From Octopus sinensis (lineage: Eukaryota), in assembly GCF_006345805.1 (NCBI RefSeq), contig NC_042999.1, positions 71,858,001 to 71,922,000 of the forward strand: 64,000 bases of DNA. Direction: 5' to 3'. The stretch's first letter is position 1, and every line of letters starts with the position of its first letter. Both the position numbers and the translations under genes were made by a program. The notes under the pieces were generated by a model. The model was given only the letters and a program-made list of their open reading frames with translations, made no database searches and was not told the DNA's origin. Of the stretch, positions 40,221 to 52,639 are shown in pieces.

Positions 40221-40638
40221 TCTTGAGACACAAGAGCTGCAAATAAAGCAAGTTACTTTGTCCGTGAGGTCTCAAACAACCTTAAACTATTAATCAGAGT
40301 AGGCTTCTTTCTGAGTAGTTTATATCTAGATGGACTAAACAGATTAGAGTTACGTTTCCAGGAACTGTAGACTAAGCTTACGCCTTACATACTTGGCTGA
40401 TAGTAACTTTATCTCCATAACCCTCTCCCACTCTCTTTCTTTCTTTCCCTTTCTTTCTCTCCCCCTCTCTCTCTCTCTCTGTCATGACATTTCTCTCGTA
40501 CGTATTTTATCGGTAGACTGGTGAAGTCTTACATTTAAACTAATGATATGATAAAATATAAAAATATTATGCAATTATATAACCTAATACACACACATAT
40601 ACATATATGCATATACATATATGCATATGTATATATCC

Positions 40639-40723
<85 letters not shown>

Positions 40724-41255
40724 TATATATAAGTATTGTTTGTGGCCACTTTCATGTGTCTGTCATCTAAGGGACAACGACTATGCCATAATATATATGG
40801 ACATGCGCAGAGAGCATGGGAGAGTCGGTGAGCTGAGAAAAACCGAGAGTTGCGTATTATCGAGTGTAATTATAAGTATTGTGTATCTTGAGCAGAACGA
40901 TTTGCGAGAACGTTATTTATTATCTCGTTACATAGTACGTCGAACGTGCGATACAACACATACAATCACTGATAAAAGCAGTATACAGATATTTTCTAAC
41001 GAACTAGTTTCCTAGTCACAAAATCAGTGATTCTACGACACTGTTTTCTATATATGGCAAGCGAGGTTAAAATCTCTCTTTCTGTCTTTCTCCCTCTCTA
41101 TATGTGTGTGTGTCTGTATGTTTATATATATATATGTGTGAGTACATGTGTGTCTCCGTAGGTGCATACATTTATACATGCATGCGTATATATATGTATA
41201 TATACATATGTGTATATATGTATGCATATATATATTACGGAGATGTACTTGCATA

Positions 41256-41517
41256 GCAAGTGATTTGATCTGAGATCGTGTGCTGGAACGAAAACAATTG
41301 CAGCGTGGAAGGTGTTTGTAAGCCATTTAAGAAACACACAAAAGCCGTTCGATTCACTTCAACATTTAAGTTTAATTTGTCAAAATATTTTCGTCGCTAT
41401 AAGACCGCGACCTATTCTCTGACAAAAATCCGTGCTGCATCTGAGCTCAGATGTTGAAGTGAATCGAACGGCTTTTGCGTATTTCTTGAATGGCTTACAA
41501 ACACCTTCCACGCTGCA

Positions 41518-41521
<4 letters not shown>
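41256..41521. mobile_element. 71-bp inverted repeat with an HHR-like spacer, flanked by TA-rich tracts
   Basis: 41295-41365 versus 41451-41521 are reverse complements with a few mismatches; three-way-junction motif at 41377-41425. Confidence 0.7.
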
Positions 41522-41591
<70 letters not shown>

Positions 41592-44040
41592 GAGTATGTA
41601 CACACACAGACATAAGCAGATATACAGACATACATTATGATATAGAGAGGAAGTGGCTTTCATTACTACATACATAGGTAACATGTATGTCTACATGATT
41701 ATATATGTACATAGCTTCGTACGAATAACATTCAACGGACTAAATATTATGAATTAAATGAATAGTGCGTTATGGATATTGAATATAATAGCCTATAATC
41801 TCATTGAAACAATATTTGCTAAATTATCCTCATAGGCCCTCAAGGTAGAAATTTATGAAGCGGTAAATTTCAAGTTACACTTAATTAATTTGGCCCTTGT
41901 AAAATTAAATTATTGCAGCTAATCTCTTAGTTTTATTTTCTTTTCACTTTCTCATCCCATTTATTCATTTATATTTTTCTTATTTCTCTCGCTCTTTCCT
42001 GTAATATACGTACATACCTATAAACACAAACAAACACACACACACACACATATATAGTAACAGTACCGACTCAGTAACATCGTTATTCCTAGGACTGCCA
42101 CATTCTCTTGACATATAATTATTACTACACATACATACATTCATACATACATATATACATACATACATACATACACACACACACACGCACACACACACAT
42201 ATAGTTTTAATTATATGTCTAGTTTTAATTATGAAGAGAAGTGAAAGTTTAAATCTGACTGTAGGTGGGGGTATCGTTAAATCCCTGAGAGATAAGGAAA
42301 GAGACAGGTACCTAAGTGCCGCAGGATCGCACAGTATTGGAAAGAAAATGAAAAAAATCTTCACACACTACAACAGAAGGATTAGGATGGTGTTCGATTC
42401 AAATCTAAGAAGAGGTTGTGTTACAAAGGTGATCAATAATTTCGATGAACCAACAAAACTAATTCTAATACTGTCTAAAAGGAAACACTCCTGTAACCGA
42501 TTTAACACTTCTGCTATACTAGCGCTCACTGATTTATTATTATCTGATAATAAATAACTAAATTTCATCCAATCCGAACCCGTCCTATCCTGAAATTAAT
42601 CTAACAAATCTAAGAATACAAACTACAAAATTTATATATAACAGAAACAATATTAACACTAATTAAAATTGCTTTCTACTAACATCTCTTTTTATATATC
42701 TCACATTAAGACTACACATTGACTTTGAAATTAAAGAAACTAATCATTTAAATCATTCACTAAATTAGTTTACGAATCTAACTCAACAAACAACACAGAA
42801 ATAATGTAGCAATTTTTAAAAATCAAATATATATAAATTATCATTCAAAACGTAAATGAAAACGTTATTAATAACAGTCTAAAAAATTGTCAATTTTTAA
42901 TGTTTTCATAGTGGTATAAGTTAACTGGTTGTCTATGCCCACAATCTAGCATAAACTAACTTTACTTAAAAGAAAACAACACTTTTCTAATATACGCAAT
43001 ATTTAATAAAAATATATAAACACCGTTAAGTGTGATTGCAACGGCAAATTTTCGTTATTTTATCAGCTTTTACCATCGTATTAAACCCAATTTCTTGCTC
43101 TGAAGTACTTCTAGAAATTATATAATCGCAAATAAGCAAAATTAAAAATCTATACATATATAAACATGTAACATAATTCTTCTAACTGAATTAATATATG
43201 GAGAAGCCTTCGTATTACAAATACATAACGAAAAGAATTAATAAATTAATAATACCTCTGCACAAAAACATCTTCATTTATCAACTTTTCATATATTAAA
43301 TTTCTAAAACAGAATAACCCCGATGAACACAATACTTAATATTATTATGAGCACCTTCTAATCGTACAGGAAAGCCCCTCATGAATCCTGCTATATTTTT
43401 CTTACAGAACAATAGAATTATAAGCAATCAACGTCTTTGTATCACTCTCTACCCCATAAATAACGGTAGTTTATAAACCTTTTCACAAACAAAGAATCGT
43501 TAGTATTATTATATACCTCCCTATTCGACTTTGCCTTTCATCCTTTCGAGGTTGATAATATAAGTACTAGTCGATATAATCGACTTACTTCCTCTCCCGA
43601 AATTGTTGGACTTGTGACAAAATTTGAAATCACTATTGTTATATACCTCTCTCTCAAAAAAATTAAATCTATCCAGCGAGTTCCTCCATATTCGCCTTAT
43701 TTCAATAACACTCATATCAAAATCAAAGAACCAGAATTAGGAGCCACCTCACGGGCTTCAGATATTCACAGGTGAAAAAAAAGTAAATTCATTTAAAAAG
43801 CGAATATTATACCAAGCAATCATGTTCTAGGAATGACAAGCAATAAAAGTGAATGCAGCATTTGTTAAAATTGGAACATTAGTTCCAGTCTTCAAAATTC
43901 GTCACACTAACTGAAACAAAAAAAAAGTCCTTATTTGGTATAGCTCATATTTTTGGAAAGTTTTTCTCTATGGCATTTTATTAAAGAAATCAAAGAACCA
44001 GTATTTTATATCCATAATTTTCATAATAACAATAATAATA

Positions 44041-44258
44041 GCCCTTCCCAATAAAGTCACAAGTCCTGAAATTTTGGGGCGGCAGGGAACTAGCCAATTA
44101 CATCGAAGCCAGTGTTTCACTGGCACTTGATTTATCGACCCCCAAAAGGATGAAAGGCAAAGTCGACCTCGAGGAATTTGTTCTCAGAACGTAAAGACGG
44201 ACGAAATTCTGCTCAGCATTTAGCCCGGTGCGGTAACGATTCTGCCAGTACACCGCCC
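44041..44258 (-). mobile_element. tRNA-derived SINE
   Basis: Reverse complement of GGCGG...CTGGCAGAATCGTTA...GAGGTCGACTTTGCCTTTCATCCTTT.GGGGTCGATAAAT. Confidence 0.85.
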
Positions 44259-44559
44259 TAAATAATAATAATAACAATAATAGGCATTGAAACTGCGTCT
44301 GACAAAAACAATGCAAAGAGTTAGACATCATCTAGAAATATGCTGAATTAATTCTACTAACATTCCTAACAGAGAAAGCTAAAGTCATTCAATTATCAAT
44401 AAATAACCCTCCCCCACTACCTTATCACTTAAAATGATTAGCTATCAAAACGACAGTTCTTTTTGTCTAAGACCTTTAATTAAAGTTTGACAGCTTGAAG
44501 GAAATAATGACAAAAACTCAATTTTACAATCATGCTGTGCAATGATGTCATAATACGGG

Positions 44560-44764
44560 CTCCAAATTTTGGCAAAATGAGTGCAATTTTGTGGGAAGGA
44601 GCCAGTCGATAACCTCGATCACAGTGCTGAACTAGTTCTTACTTTATCGAAAGGATGAAAGACAAAGTCGACCTCGGTGAAATTTGAACTCATAACGTAA
44701 AGAACGCGATGAAAAGCCGCTAAGCATTTTGTCCGACACGTTAACGATCCTACTAGTTGACCAC
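44560..44764 (-). mobile_element. tRNA-derived SINE (more diverged)
   Basis: AAAGGATGAAAGACAAAGTCGACCTCGGTGAAATTTGAACTC...GCCGCTAAGCATTTTGTCC. Confidence 0.75.
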
Positions 44765-45766
44765 TAGGGATTAGAGTAGTACTGATAATTATTATAGCTA
44801 TAATAATGATGATAATAAGAATTAATTTGTCGATGGGGTTTCAGATTAAGGAGTTTTTACAAAGACAGCTTGTAAAATATGGAAGGGTTACATAAAATCG
44901 CTTAAAGAGAAAAATTAGTGGATAAGAAATGAGATTAAAAGTTATTCATAATATACAAATATATGAACACATTGATGATCCGATCCTCCTGATACAGAAG
45001 AACCTATACATGGTGCCATACAATGAACCCATTCTTTAATGATAGAATTACCGCTGATCGTTCCTGCAAGCATTATTCTTTTTCTAGTTGAAGAGGGTTT
45101 GATGATTAAACTATCTATTATTTTTGAAGTCTTCGGAGAGAGTTTAGCTATTTTGGGTGAATATTCCCAATTTGATTGATCTTTATTACACTCATCTGTG
45201 GGCAAATAGTATCCGCAACACATTCAATACTGGAAATCTAGGATCGCCGATGTATAACATGTGCTTCTCACATATTTGATCGATCGTGGAGAACACCAAT
45301 TCAGTAACATCCCTGTTGACTCCGGTCATAAATGTTATTTCACATAGTGGCTGGTCGATGTAAATATTGAAATTCTGCTTAAATATTGCTCTGTATTGTT
45401 TTGTTCAATCTCTTCTTGATCCATTTCTAAATGTTCGTAACTGGCTACCGCATCTTCTAATGGCAGCAGTCCTTATTCAGTGTTACGGTAATGATTTTTG
45501 CTATGGTCGTGATTCAAGTTTTTAGTAAGTTTCTCAAGGGAAAGATTTTTGTAGGCTCTTGATACTTTTATTTGCTGTGGATTTTCATTGATTCATTGTG
45601 CTAGGAAGAGCGGTATATTTCTTCTTTATGAATGTGGTTGATGGCATGATTGTTTCGCAATACAATGTGAGTATTTGTGATATTTTATATCACTATAGTT
45701 CTTCATTCTGTCCATGTAATCAATCGAGGGGTTTTCTCCAGGAAATAATTGTTTTTTACAATAAGT

Positions 45767-46152
45767 AGGCCTAGGAGTGACTGTGTGCTAAGTAGCTTGT
45801 TTAGGAACCACATGGATCCGGGTTCAGTCCCACTCCATGGCACCTTGGGCAAGTGTCTTCTACTATAGCCTCGGGCGGACCAAAGCCTTGTGAGTGGATT
45901 TGGTAGACGGAAACTGAAAGAAGCCCATCGTATATATGTATATATATATACGTGTGTGTATATGTTTGTGTGTCTGTGGACAACAGATGATACTGATGTG
46001 TTTACGTCCCCGTAACTTAGTGGTTCGGCAAAAGAGACCGATAGAATAAGTACTAGACTTACAAAGAATAAGTCCTGGGGTCGATTTGCTCGACTAAAGG
46101 CGGTGCTCCAGCATGGCTACAGTCACATGACTGAAACAAGTAAAAGAGTAAG
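45767..46152 (+). mobile_element. Full-length octopus-type tRNA-derived SINE
   Basis: Colinear with 26981-27395, including the tail CCAGCATGGCTACAGTCACATGACTGAAACAAGTAAAAGAG. Confidence 0.9.
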
Positions 46153-46364
46153 TATAGTTCTTGATTCAATAGGAAAGTCCACTATTACTTTCCCGTAAGA
46201 ATTCTGTGAACTGTGAAACTTGGAAATTGTTACATGGTTTGCTTGGCCGCATATTGTACTTACTTTATATCTTCTATAATTTTAATTGTTTCAGTCACTG
46301 GCCTGCGTCCATACAGAAACATTGAAGGATTTTTATGGAAAAGTTCGACTCCAATATTTATATT

Positions 46365-46537
46365 TATCGGTCTTGTTACCGAATCGCTAGGTTACGGGGA
46401 CGTAAACAAACCAACACTTACCAAGCGCTGTGGGGTGACAAACAAAGACCCCAAACCACACTTACATAGATTCATACATAAACACATACACAGAGACAAA
46501 CTGATTAACAGACAGACTGATAGACAGGCAGACAAAG

Positions 46538-46612
<75 letters not shown>

Positions 46613-46750
46613 CAGATGGATAAAAACATAGATATGTATACAACGAGTTTAGTGGGAGACATTTGTTCAAGCTACCACGTAGTGGGACTGAACCTATAAC
46701 GACGAGATTGCAAAGTGGGCTCTTTTATCACTCAGCCATAACTGCGACTA
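46365..46750 (-). mobile_element. SINE of the same family, minus strand, with an expanded internal (GATA)n
   Basis: GTTACGGGGACGTAAAC at about 46389 and head GTGGGACTGAACC...CACTCAGCCAT at about 46682-46739. Confidence 0.65.
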
Positions 46751-47084
46751 TTATATACATACATACCTGCATATTCCATCGCACGCACACACACACACAA
46801 ACCGTAAACAAACCATAGTAAATATAGAAAACAACTTTCAGGGACAATAGTGGTTTATTGAGACGGAAGGTTGTGGACTGTTTCTCGAAGTACGATAAAT
46901 TGAAAAAGTTCCTTTTATATTTGACGGTGGTCAACCACGGTTACCGGGTATGCGAAGAAGAATACAAGATACAAGAGTTAAAGAATGACTATATATATAT
47001 GTATATATATATATATAAGAATTTTTTGCGTAATATGATAAAAGACCAAGGCCGTATAGATATTAGAGCATTTATAGATAGAAG

Positions 47085-47131
47085 GTCTTACAGCTGTTTC
47101 TAGGATATCAATTAATAATATCCCTTCATCG

Positions 47132-47133
<2 letters not shown>
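47085..47133 (-). ncRNA. Type-I HHR (C4 variant) whose 5' stem-I strand is replaced by (TA)n
   Basis: Minus strand: (TA)n C CCGATGA A-GGGATAT...ATATCCT-A GAAAC AGCT GTA/AGACC; palindromic AGCT loop. Confidence 0.6.
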
Positions 47134-47206
<73 letters not shown>

Positions 47207-47490
47207 CAGAAGAAAAGCGTCTGAATTTCCAGAAGAGATGTCACGAAAAAATAGCTAAATTTAATTTAATTTATTTCAATTTACTTTCACTTTTATTTCA
47301 GCATGACTAAATTGTGTTTTTAAAACGATTCAAGCGTTTAGCATATTTTAACAGAAATGAAAATACTTCTTTACTTTTATCCATCATTAATTTCACAAAG
47401 TATTAACATATTTGTTTTTCAACATGTGTTTGTGTATGTAAACGTGTATGTATATACTATTCATATACTATATTCTATTTTTTCCCACAG

Positions 47491-47607
47491 CCCTCCAGTT
47501 ATGTACCAAAAATGAATTTCGTTGCTCTGATAATCGATGTATTGATAAAAAGTACCGTTGTGATGGAAAGGGCAACTGCTACGATAGAAGTGATGAGCAC
47601 GGTTGTG
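47491..47607 (+). CDS. Exon: canonical LDLa module of a GRL101-like receptor
   Basis: cccacag|CC CTC...GGT TGT G|gtaagt, 117 nt, phase 1-1. Encodes LQLCTKNEFRCSDNRCIDKKYRCDGKGNCYDRSDEHGC. Confidence 0.93.
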
Positions 47608-48156
47608 GTAAGTTTTCTTTGTAGTGTTTCTCTAACATGTCACCTCATGTATGCATGTATATATGTGTGCATGTCTCTCTATGAATTTGCTTGTATACGT
47701 ATATGGTTTGTGTGCCTGGAATTCTGGTGTTGTGCATGGATCTTTATGTCAATAAATATATATATATAAAACATCGTATTAACTTTGTTGAGATTACATG
47801 TCTTAATAAACATAGAATGCAGTCAAGATATACTGACATTTAGTTCTATATTATGAATTGGTATTTCAGAAAATAGAAAAAGAAATAAAATATATCAATA
47901 CGTAAATCTAATGTTATTTCCTTCTTTTGTATCTGCTTTCAAATGATATTCGTATCGTCACTTTCAAAACCCCTTGATTCAGATTATTGTATACAAAGAG
48001 ATCCAGTATAATTGTTCTATATCAGCAGATTACGAAGTTTTCATCACCACACGTCCGTTTTATCCTATTTGGAAAGAAGTCAGACGAATCATGCACATGT
48101 TTCACCACCAGCATCGTCACCCCCTACCACCATTTAATTTATATATAAATATATGC

Positions 48157-48223
<67 letters not shown>

Positions 48224-49661
48224 AAGAGAGAGAGATGTATATATATATATATATGCATGTATATATAGGGAGATATATATATATATGTGTGTGTATGTGG
48301 TCTATATATACAAGCATTCTTATACATTTATACTTACACATTTATACATACGAAAACAGAAATGCGTACGCACACACACATATACATACAAACGCGCTAC
48401 ACACATACATATACATGTGTCTGTGTGTATATACATATTTACATTCATGTAGATATGTGTGTGTGTGTGGTGTGTGTGTGTGTGTGTGTACGTATGTGCA
48501 GGAAGGTAATTCAGTCGTAGAATTAAATAGTTAAACAAAGAAGCTCTCCAAATATGTCTGTTAGTCTTCCTGACATAACAATGAATGTACCAAAATATAC
48601 AATTCGCTTAGATATAGATTGAAAAAGTAATGAGTTGTCCCATTTATATTTATATTTTTATTTTTACAGTTATCGTTCTTCTTGCTAGATTTATATATTT
48701 ATCACGTTCAACCTCTTCGGCTGGGAACATAATACACGTAGTTATCAAAGCGATGTTCTAAAGTCAGTTTCTAGAATTTCTTATCGTGCTTCTTTTTCTT
48801 TATTTCTCATTTTCAATTTTCAAAAGTAATATCGAGCCATAACTTCTCAATCATCTTATCAACACTTTAATATATCTTCCTTAATTATAGTCCGAAGTGT
48901 TCAGATTTTCTAAAGAGAGGCGGCTTTTTTTTTATCGAGACTATCTGCATTAAAACACATTACACTACATATCGTAGAAGCCCTTACAGTATACAATGCG
49001 GGACACTAGAAGAGGTAGATGAGCTAGAGGAGAAATAGAAGACCATACTGATTTAAGGTTTGAATTTAGTTTCCTTTACTTACACCTGGAGAAATGTACG
49101 AAAGCAATAAATCAATAAAAATAATATAATGTTATTATGATGACTGCAGCTTGGAAGATACGTATCATTAACTATTCAATAAACTATAAAGACTATAAAA
49201 AATTTATTAAGTGGTGTGAAAATACTCGTCGCACCAATGCGACCTAGTCACTGGCATATGCCACTGCATCTGTTTTGTGAAGTTGTTCGTTTTGTATATA
49301 GTTTCCAAGGTTGTAAATTATTTGTTTGTTTTTCTATATAGTTAGATGCTCAATGTTGGTTAGTTAACTTGGTATTTGGTTGTATTTCACACTTTCTTCT
49401 CTCTTCCTTCGTCATAGTACACAGAAAGTCAGAAGATTAATGACATCAAGGAGTGGATCCATCAAATAGAGAGATGTGAAAATAGTTGTAGCAGTGGTAG
49501 TCTACTAATAAGTAGATGTAGTGGCAGTGATATTAGGAGTAGTAGTGTTTGTAGTAATAATAGTGGCAGCAGAAGTACCAGTAACAGTGGTGCTATTATG
49601 TCCCATAAGTTTGCAGTTTTATGATTATGCGAGCTTGCAAAGATGATCCAATAGTTAAAGT

Positions 49662-49880
49662 GATAGTATGTTGTCAACTTAATGTGACAGCCCCATGAAA
49701 GGGAAGAATGCTACTGCTATTTAGTCCTAGGAAACACCGTTTCCTGTTGGCCTTGACATATTTCCTGTGTCCTTATGTTTTCAAAGGGGAGATAAGTACC
49801 TCCATCCAGCAAAACCAGCAACCAGAGACTAGTTTCAGAGTCATTGCTCATCATCAGTCTGAAGTAGCATGGCTTGCTAG
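49662..49880 (-). mobile_element. Retrozyme-like HHR repeat, divergent copy
   Basis: HHR followed by CCCTTTG.AAA...ACACAG.AA.A.GTC.A.GCCA, hairpin GGAAAC-GGT-GTTTCC, CAGTAGCAT and hairpin GTCA-CATTAAGT-TGAC, colinear with the 34.2 and 63.0 kb copies. Confidence 0.7.
49823..49861 (-). ncRNA. Minimal type-I HHR with a canonical core
   Basis: CAGA CTGATGA T-GAG-CAATGA-CTC-T GAAAC TA GTC/TCTG; ACTAGT palindrome in stem III. Confidence 0.8.
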
Positions 49881-50070
49881 CTTTATTCTTTACTCTATGA
49901 ATAAATGGCAAACAGTCCTACATCTCCAAACAAAAGAGGGACTCATGAAAACCAAAGACATCCCCATTAGAAGAGGAATATTCCAGGGAGACACGCTCTC
50001 TCCACTCCTTTTCTTCTTGGCACTGTCACCTCTATCTGATATGCTAAATAGAACTGGATGCGGATATAAA
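49881..50070 (+). mobile_element. Short RT fragment of an R4/Dong-type LINE, inverted relative to the adjoining N-terminal part
   Basis: MNKWQTVLHLQT...IPIRRGIFQGDTLSPLLFFLALSPLSDMLNRTGCGYK (GIFQGD-LSPLLF RT motif). Confidence 0.85.
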
Positions 50071-51462
50071 GCGTTGGCGTTTCTCGTACCGGTGGATCCT
50101 TTGAGCTTTGGCAAGGATATCTTGCTTCAGCTTTTCTTTTATCTCCGGCAAATCTTTTTCTGTGATGTTACATTTGCGGAGCATTTTTGTTCTCTTTTTG
50201 TTGCTCAGTAGCGTTGATTGTTTGCTGATTTCATTAAGAATCGACAGGTCTTTTCTAATTTTTTTTATTTTGTTTTGGATGTTATTTATCCACAGGGTTT
50301 GTTTGGGTGGTGGTACTCCTGTTTGGGCGGGTTTCGGTGAGTATCCAGCTTCTTTTGTGGCTGCAGTGGCTGCTGCGTATATCAAGTCATTTAGTTCAGT
50401 GATATCACTTTTTTTTGTTCCAGTGGCTAGTTCAGTGACGGCTAGGTTTATGCTGTTTATAATTGGTGTTGTTATTTCGTTTATTTTTATTCTTGGGAGG
50501 TATGGTCGGTGATCCATTTTGGGCTCTGTGGTTTTCAGTTCTTTGATTATTTTATTTTTTATATTATCATAATCATTAGGCTCCCCTTCATTGTTTACAT
50601 CGTGTTTGTTGGGAATGTTGCGTTTGTCTTCGTGTTTTACAGTTTCAGTGTTTATAGTATTGGGCATTGTTGTGTGGCTTCTATCTACATTTTCCTGGTG
50701 TATTTTTTCTTTTAAATGTTCTATTTCTATTTCTGATATTTTTTTGGCTTTGAGAATGTATCTTCGTACGTTAGCTAATTTATTAGGGTTCATTGCTGTA
50801 TCCAAGTCTATATCTCTATTATTTTCCTTCCATATTTTATATGTATGTGTTGTTGTATTTTCATTTTTTGGGTAGAGCATTGCTGTGAAGTATGCGTGTA
50901 AGATAGAAATGTATTCCTCACGTGTCCATTTACGTCTTTTGGTTTTATTTGCGGGACATGAGGTACAACGTCCGGCCCATTATTTTGACGGTCGTCATTT
51001 TCGTAGGGTACCGGTCCGTTTATTTCTGTTGTCACATTATTTCGCACGTGTAGTTTTTCGTACATTTTTTTGTTGTAAGTTTAATGTACGTACCGCTCGA
51101 TTGTTATTCTTGGGTTGAATAGTATCGGTGGCATTTAATTTCTTCGTAGTTCCTTTATACATGGTGTTTGAGGTCGGGGATGATCGTGATGTTCCACGCA
51201 TGTTTACATGTGTTGTGTTAGAGGTGGAGATAATATCGAGTCAAAATACATCATTTCGTTTCGAAAATAGTAATAAATTTCAATTAGTATTACTTACTCG
51301 GATACAGTCCAATTCTTTGTTAGTAAATCTTTGGCTCCATAGGATGTCCTTGTTTTCGATGTTTGTGGATAGATTTCGGAGCTCTGTATTTTCCTTCTTA
51401 CATCTTAAACATCCCCGGTGTTCTTCTTAAACGTCCCCGGTGTTCTCTCTTAAACGTCCCCG
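50071..51462 (-). mobile_element. 5' part of an R4/Dong-clade non-LTR retrotransposon (5' region plus N-terminal ORF)
   Basis: RRKWTREEYISILHAYF (just upstream of ORF 50044-50880, same frame), RPYLPRI, LNDLIYAAA, WINNIQNKIKKIRKDL, KLKQDILAKAQRIHRY. The 5' end abuts (TAA)n, the known Dong target. Confidence 0.8.
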
Positions 51463-51478
51463 TTTATTATTATTATTA

Positions 51479-51548
<70 letters not shown>
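51463..51548. repeat. (ATT)n/(TAA)n microsatellite
   Basis: Direct reading. Confidence 0.95.
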
Positions 51549-51550
<2 letters not shown>

Positions 51551-51652
51551 GGCGGCGAGCAGACAGAATCGTTAGCATACCGGGCAAAATGCTTTGCATC
51601 ATTTCGCCTGTCCTTATGTTCTGAGTTCAAATTCTGCAGAGGTCGACTTTGC

Positions 51653-51656
<4 letters not shown>
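51549..51656 (+). mobile_element. 3'-truncated tRNA-derived SINE
   Basis: GGCGGCGAGCAGACAGAATCGTTAGC...GAGTTCAAATTCTGCAGAGGTCGACTTTGCC, ending at (TA)n. Confidence 0.85.
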
Positions 51657-51696
<40 letters not shown>

Positions 51697-52133
51697 CATA
51701 TATATACACATGTATATATAAAAGAGACAGCACACATGAATATGTAAGTTCTACTTAAAATGTGTCTGCTGGCTTGGAGAGGGCGGTGTAAACTGCCGTT
51801 TTGCACACCAATGTCCCTGTCACATCAAGATGAAATAGGGTGGAAACTACCCGCTAAAAGGAAAGGATCACTTACCAGCTGCCCTAAAACGGAAATAAGC
51901 AGGTGTAGAGCGCACTGCAACCAGTCATATGGACGTGTAGTTAAAAGAGCAGCTGCTGAACAACAATCCTTTTTTGTACATGGCACAAAAGACTGTACAG
52001 CAAATGATCTGACTACATGAATATCACAGATGGGACTATCGCCAATACACAAGACCACCACAGTAAATGGACCGAAGGTGAACACCGCTGGCAACAACAC
52101 AGACATCACATCGGTACTCTTACTGAACATCAG

Positions 52134-52610
52134 AGGCGGCGAGCTAGCAGAATTATTAACACGCCGGACAAAATGCTTAGCGGCATTTCATCCGTCGAGC
52201 TGGCAGAATCGTTAGGCGGCGAGCTGGCAGAATCGTTAGGACGGTGGGCGAAATGCTTAGCGGTATTTCGTCTGCCATTACGTTGTGAGTTCAAATCCCG
52301 CCGAGGTCGACTTTGCCTTTCATCCTTTCGGGGTAGATAAATTAAGTACCAGTTACGCACTGGGGTCGATGTAATCGACTTAATATCTATGTCTGTCCTT
52401 GTTTGTCCCCTCTATGTGGGTAATAAAGAAATAGGCATTTCACCCGTCTTTACGTTCTGGGTTCAAATTCCGCCGAGGTAGACTTTGTTTATCATCATTT
52501 TGAAGTCGATAAAATAGGTACCAATTGAGCACTTGTTCGACGTAATCGACTCCTCCTGCTCCTGAAATTGCCGGTCTTGTGCCAAAATTTGAAACGATTC
52601 TTACAATAGA
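52134..52610 (+). mobile_element. SINE cluster: reiterated heads, one full copy and a second headless copy
   Basis: GAGCT.GCAGAAT occurs three times in 52134-52240; full body to about 52434; second body 52435-52610. Confidence 0.85.
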
Positions 52611-52639
52611 GGAAATAGAGAATCTCCCTGTAAACATGT

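Noticed and set aside
44930-45720. Possible decayed retroelement coding sequence on the minus strand
   Set aside because: Multiple stops and no motif I could assign with confidence.
51760-52130. Overlapping 86-107-aa ORFs in GC-richer sequence
   Set aside because: No recognisable domain; ORFs run into SINE sequence.
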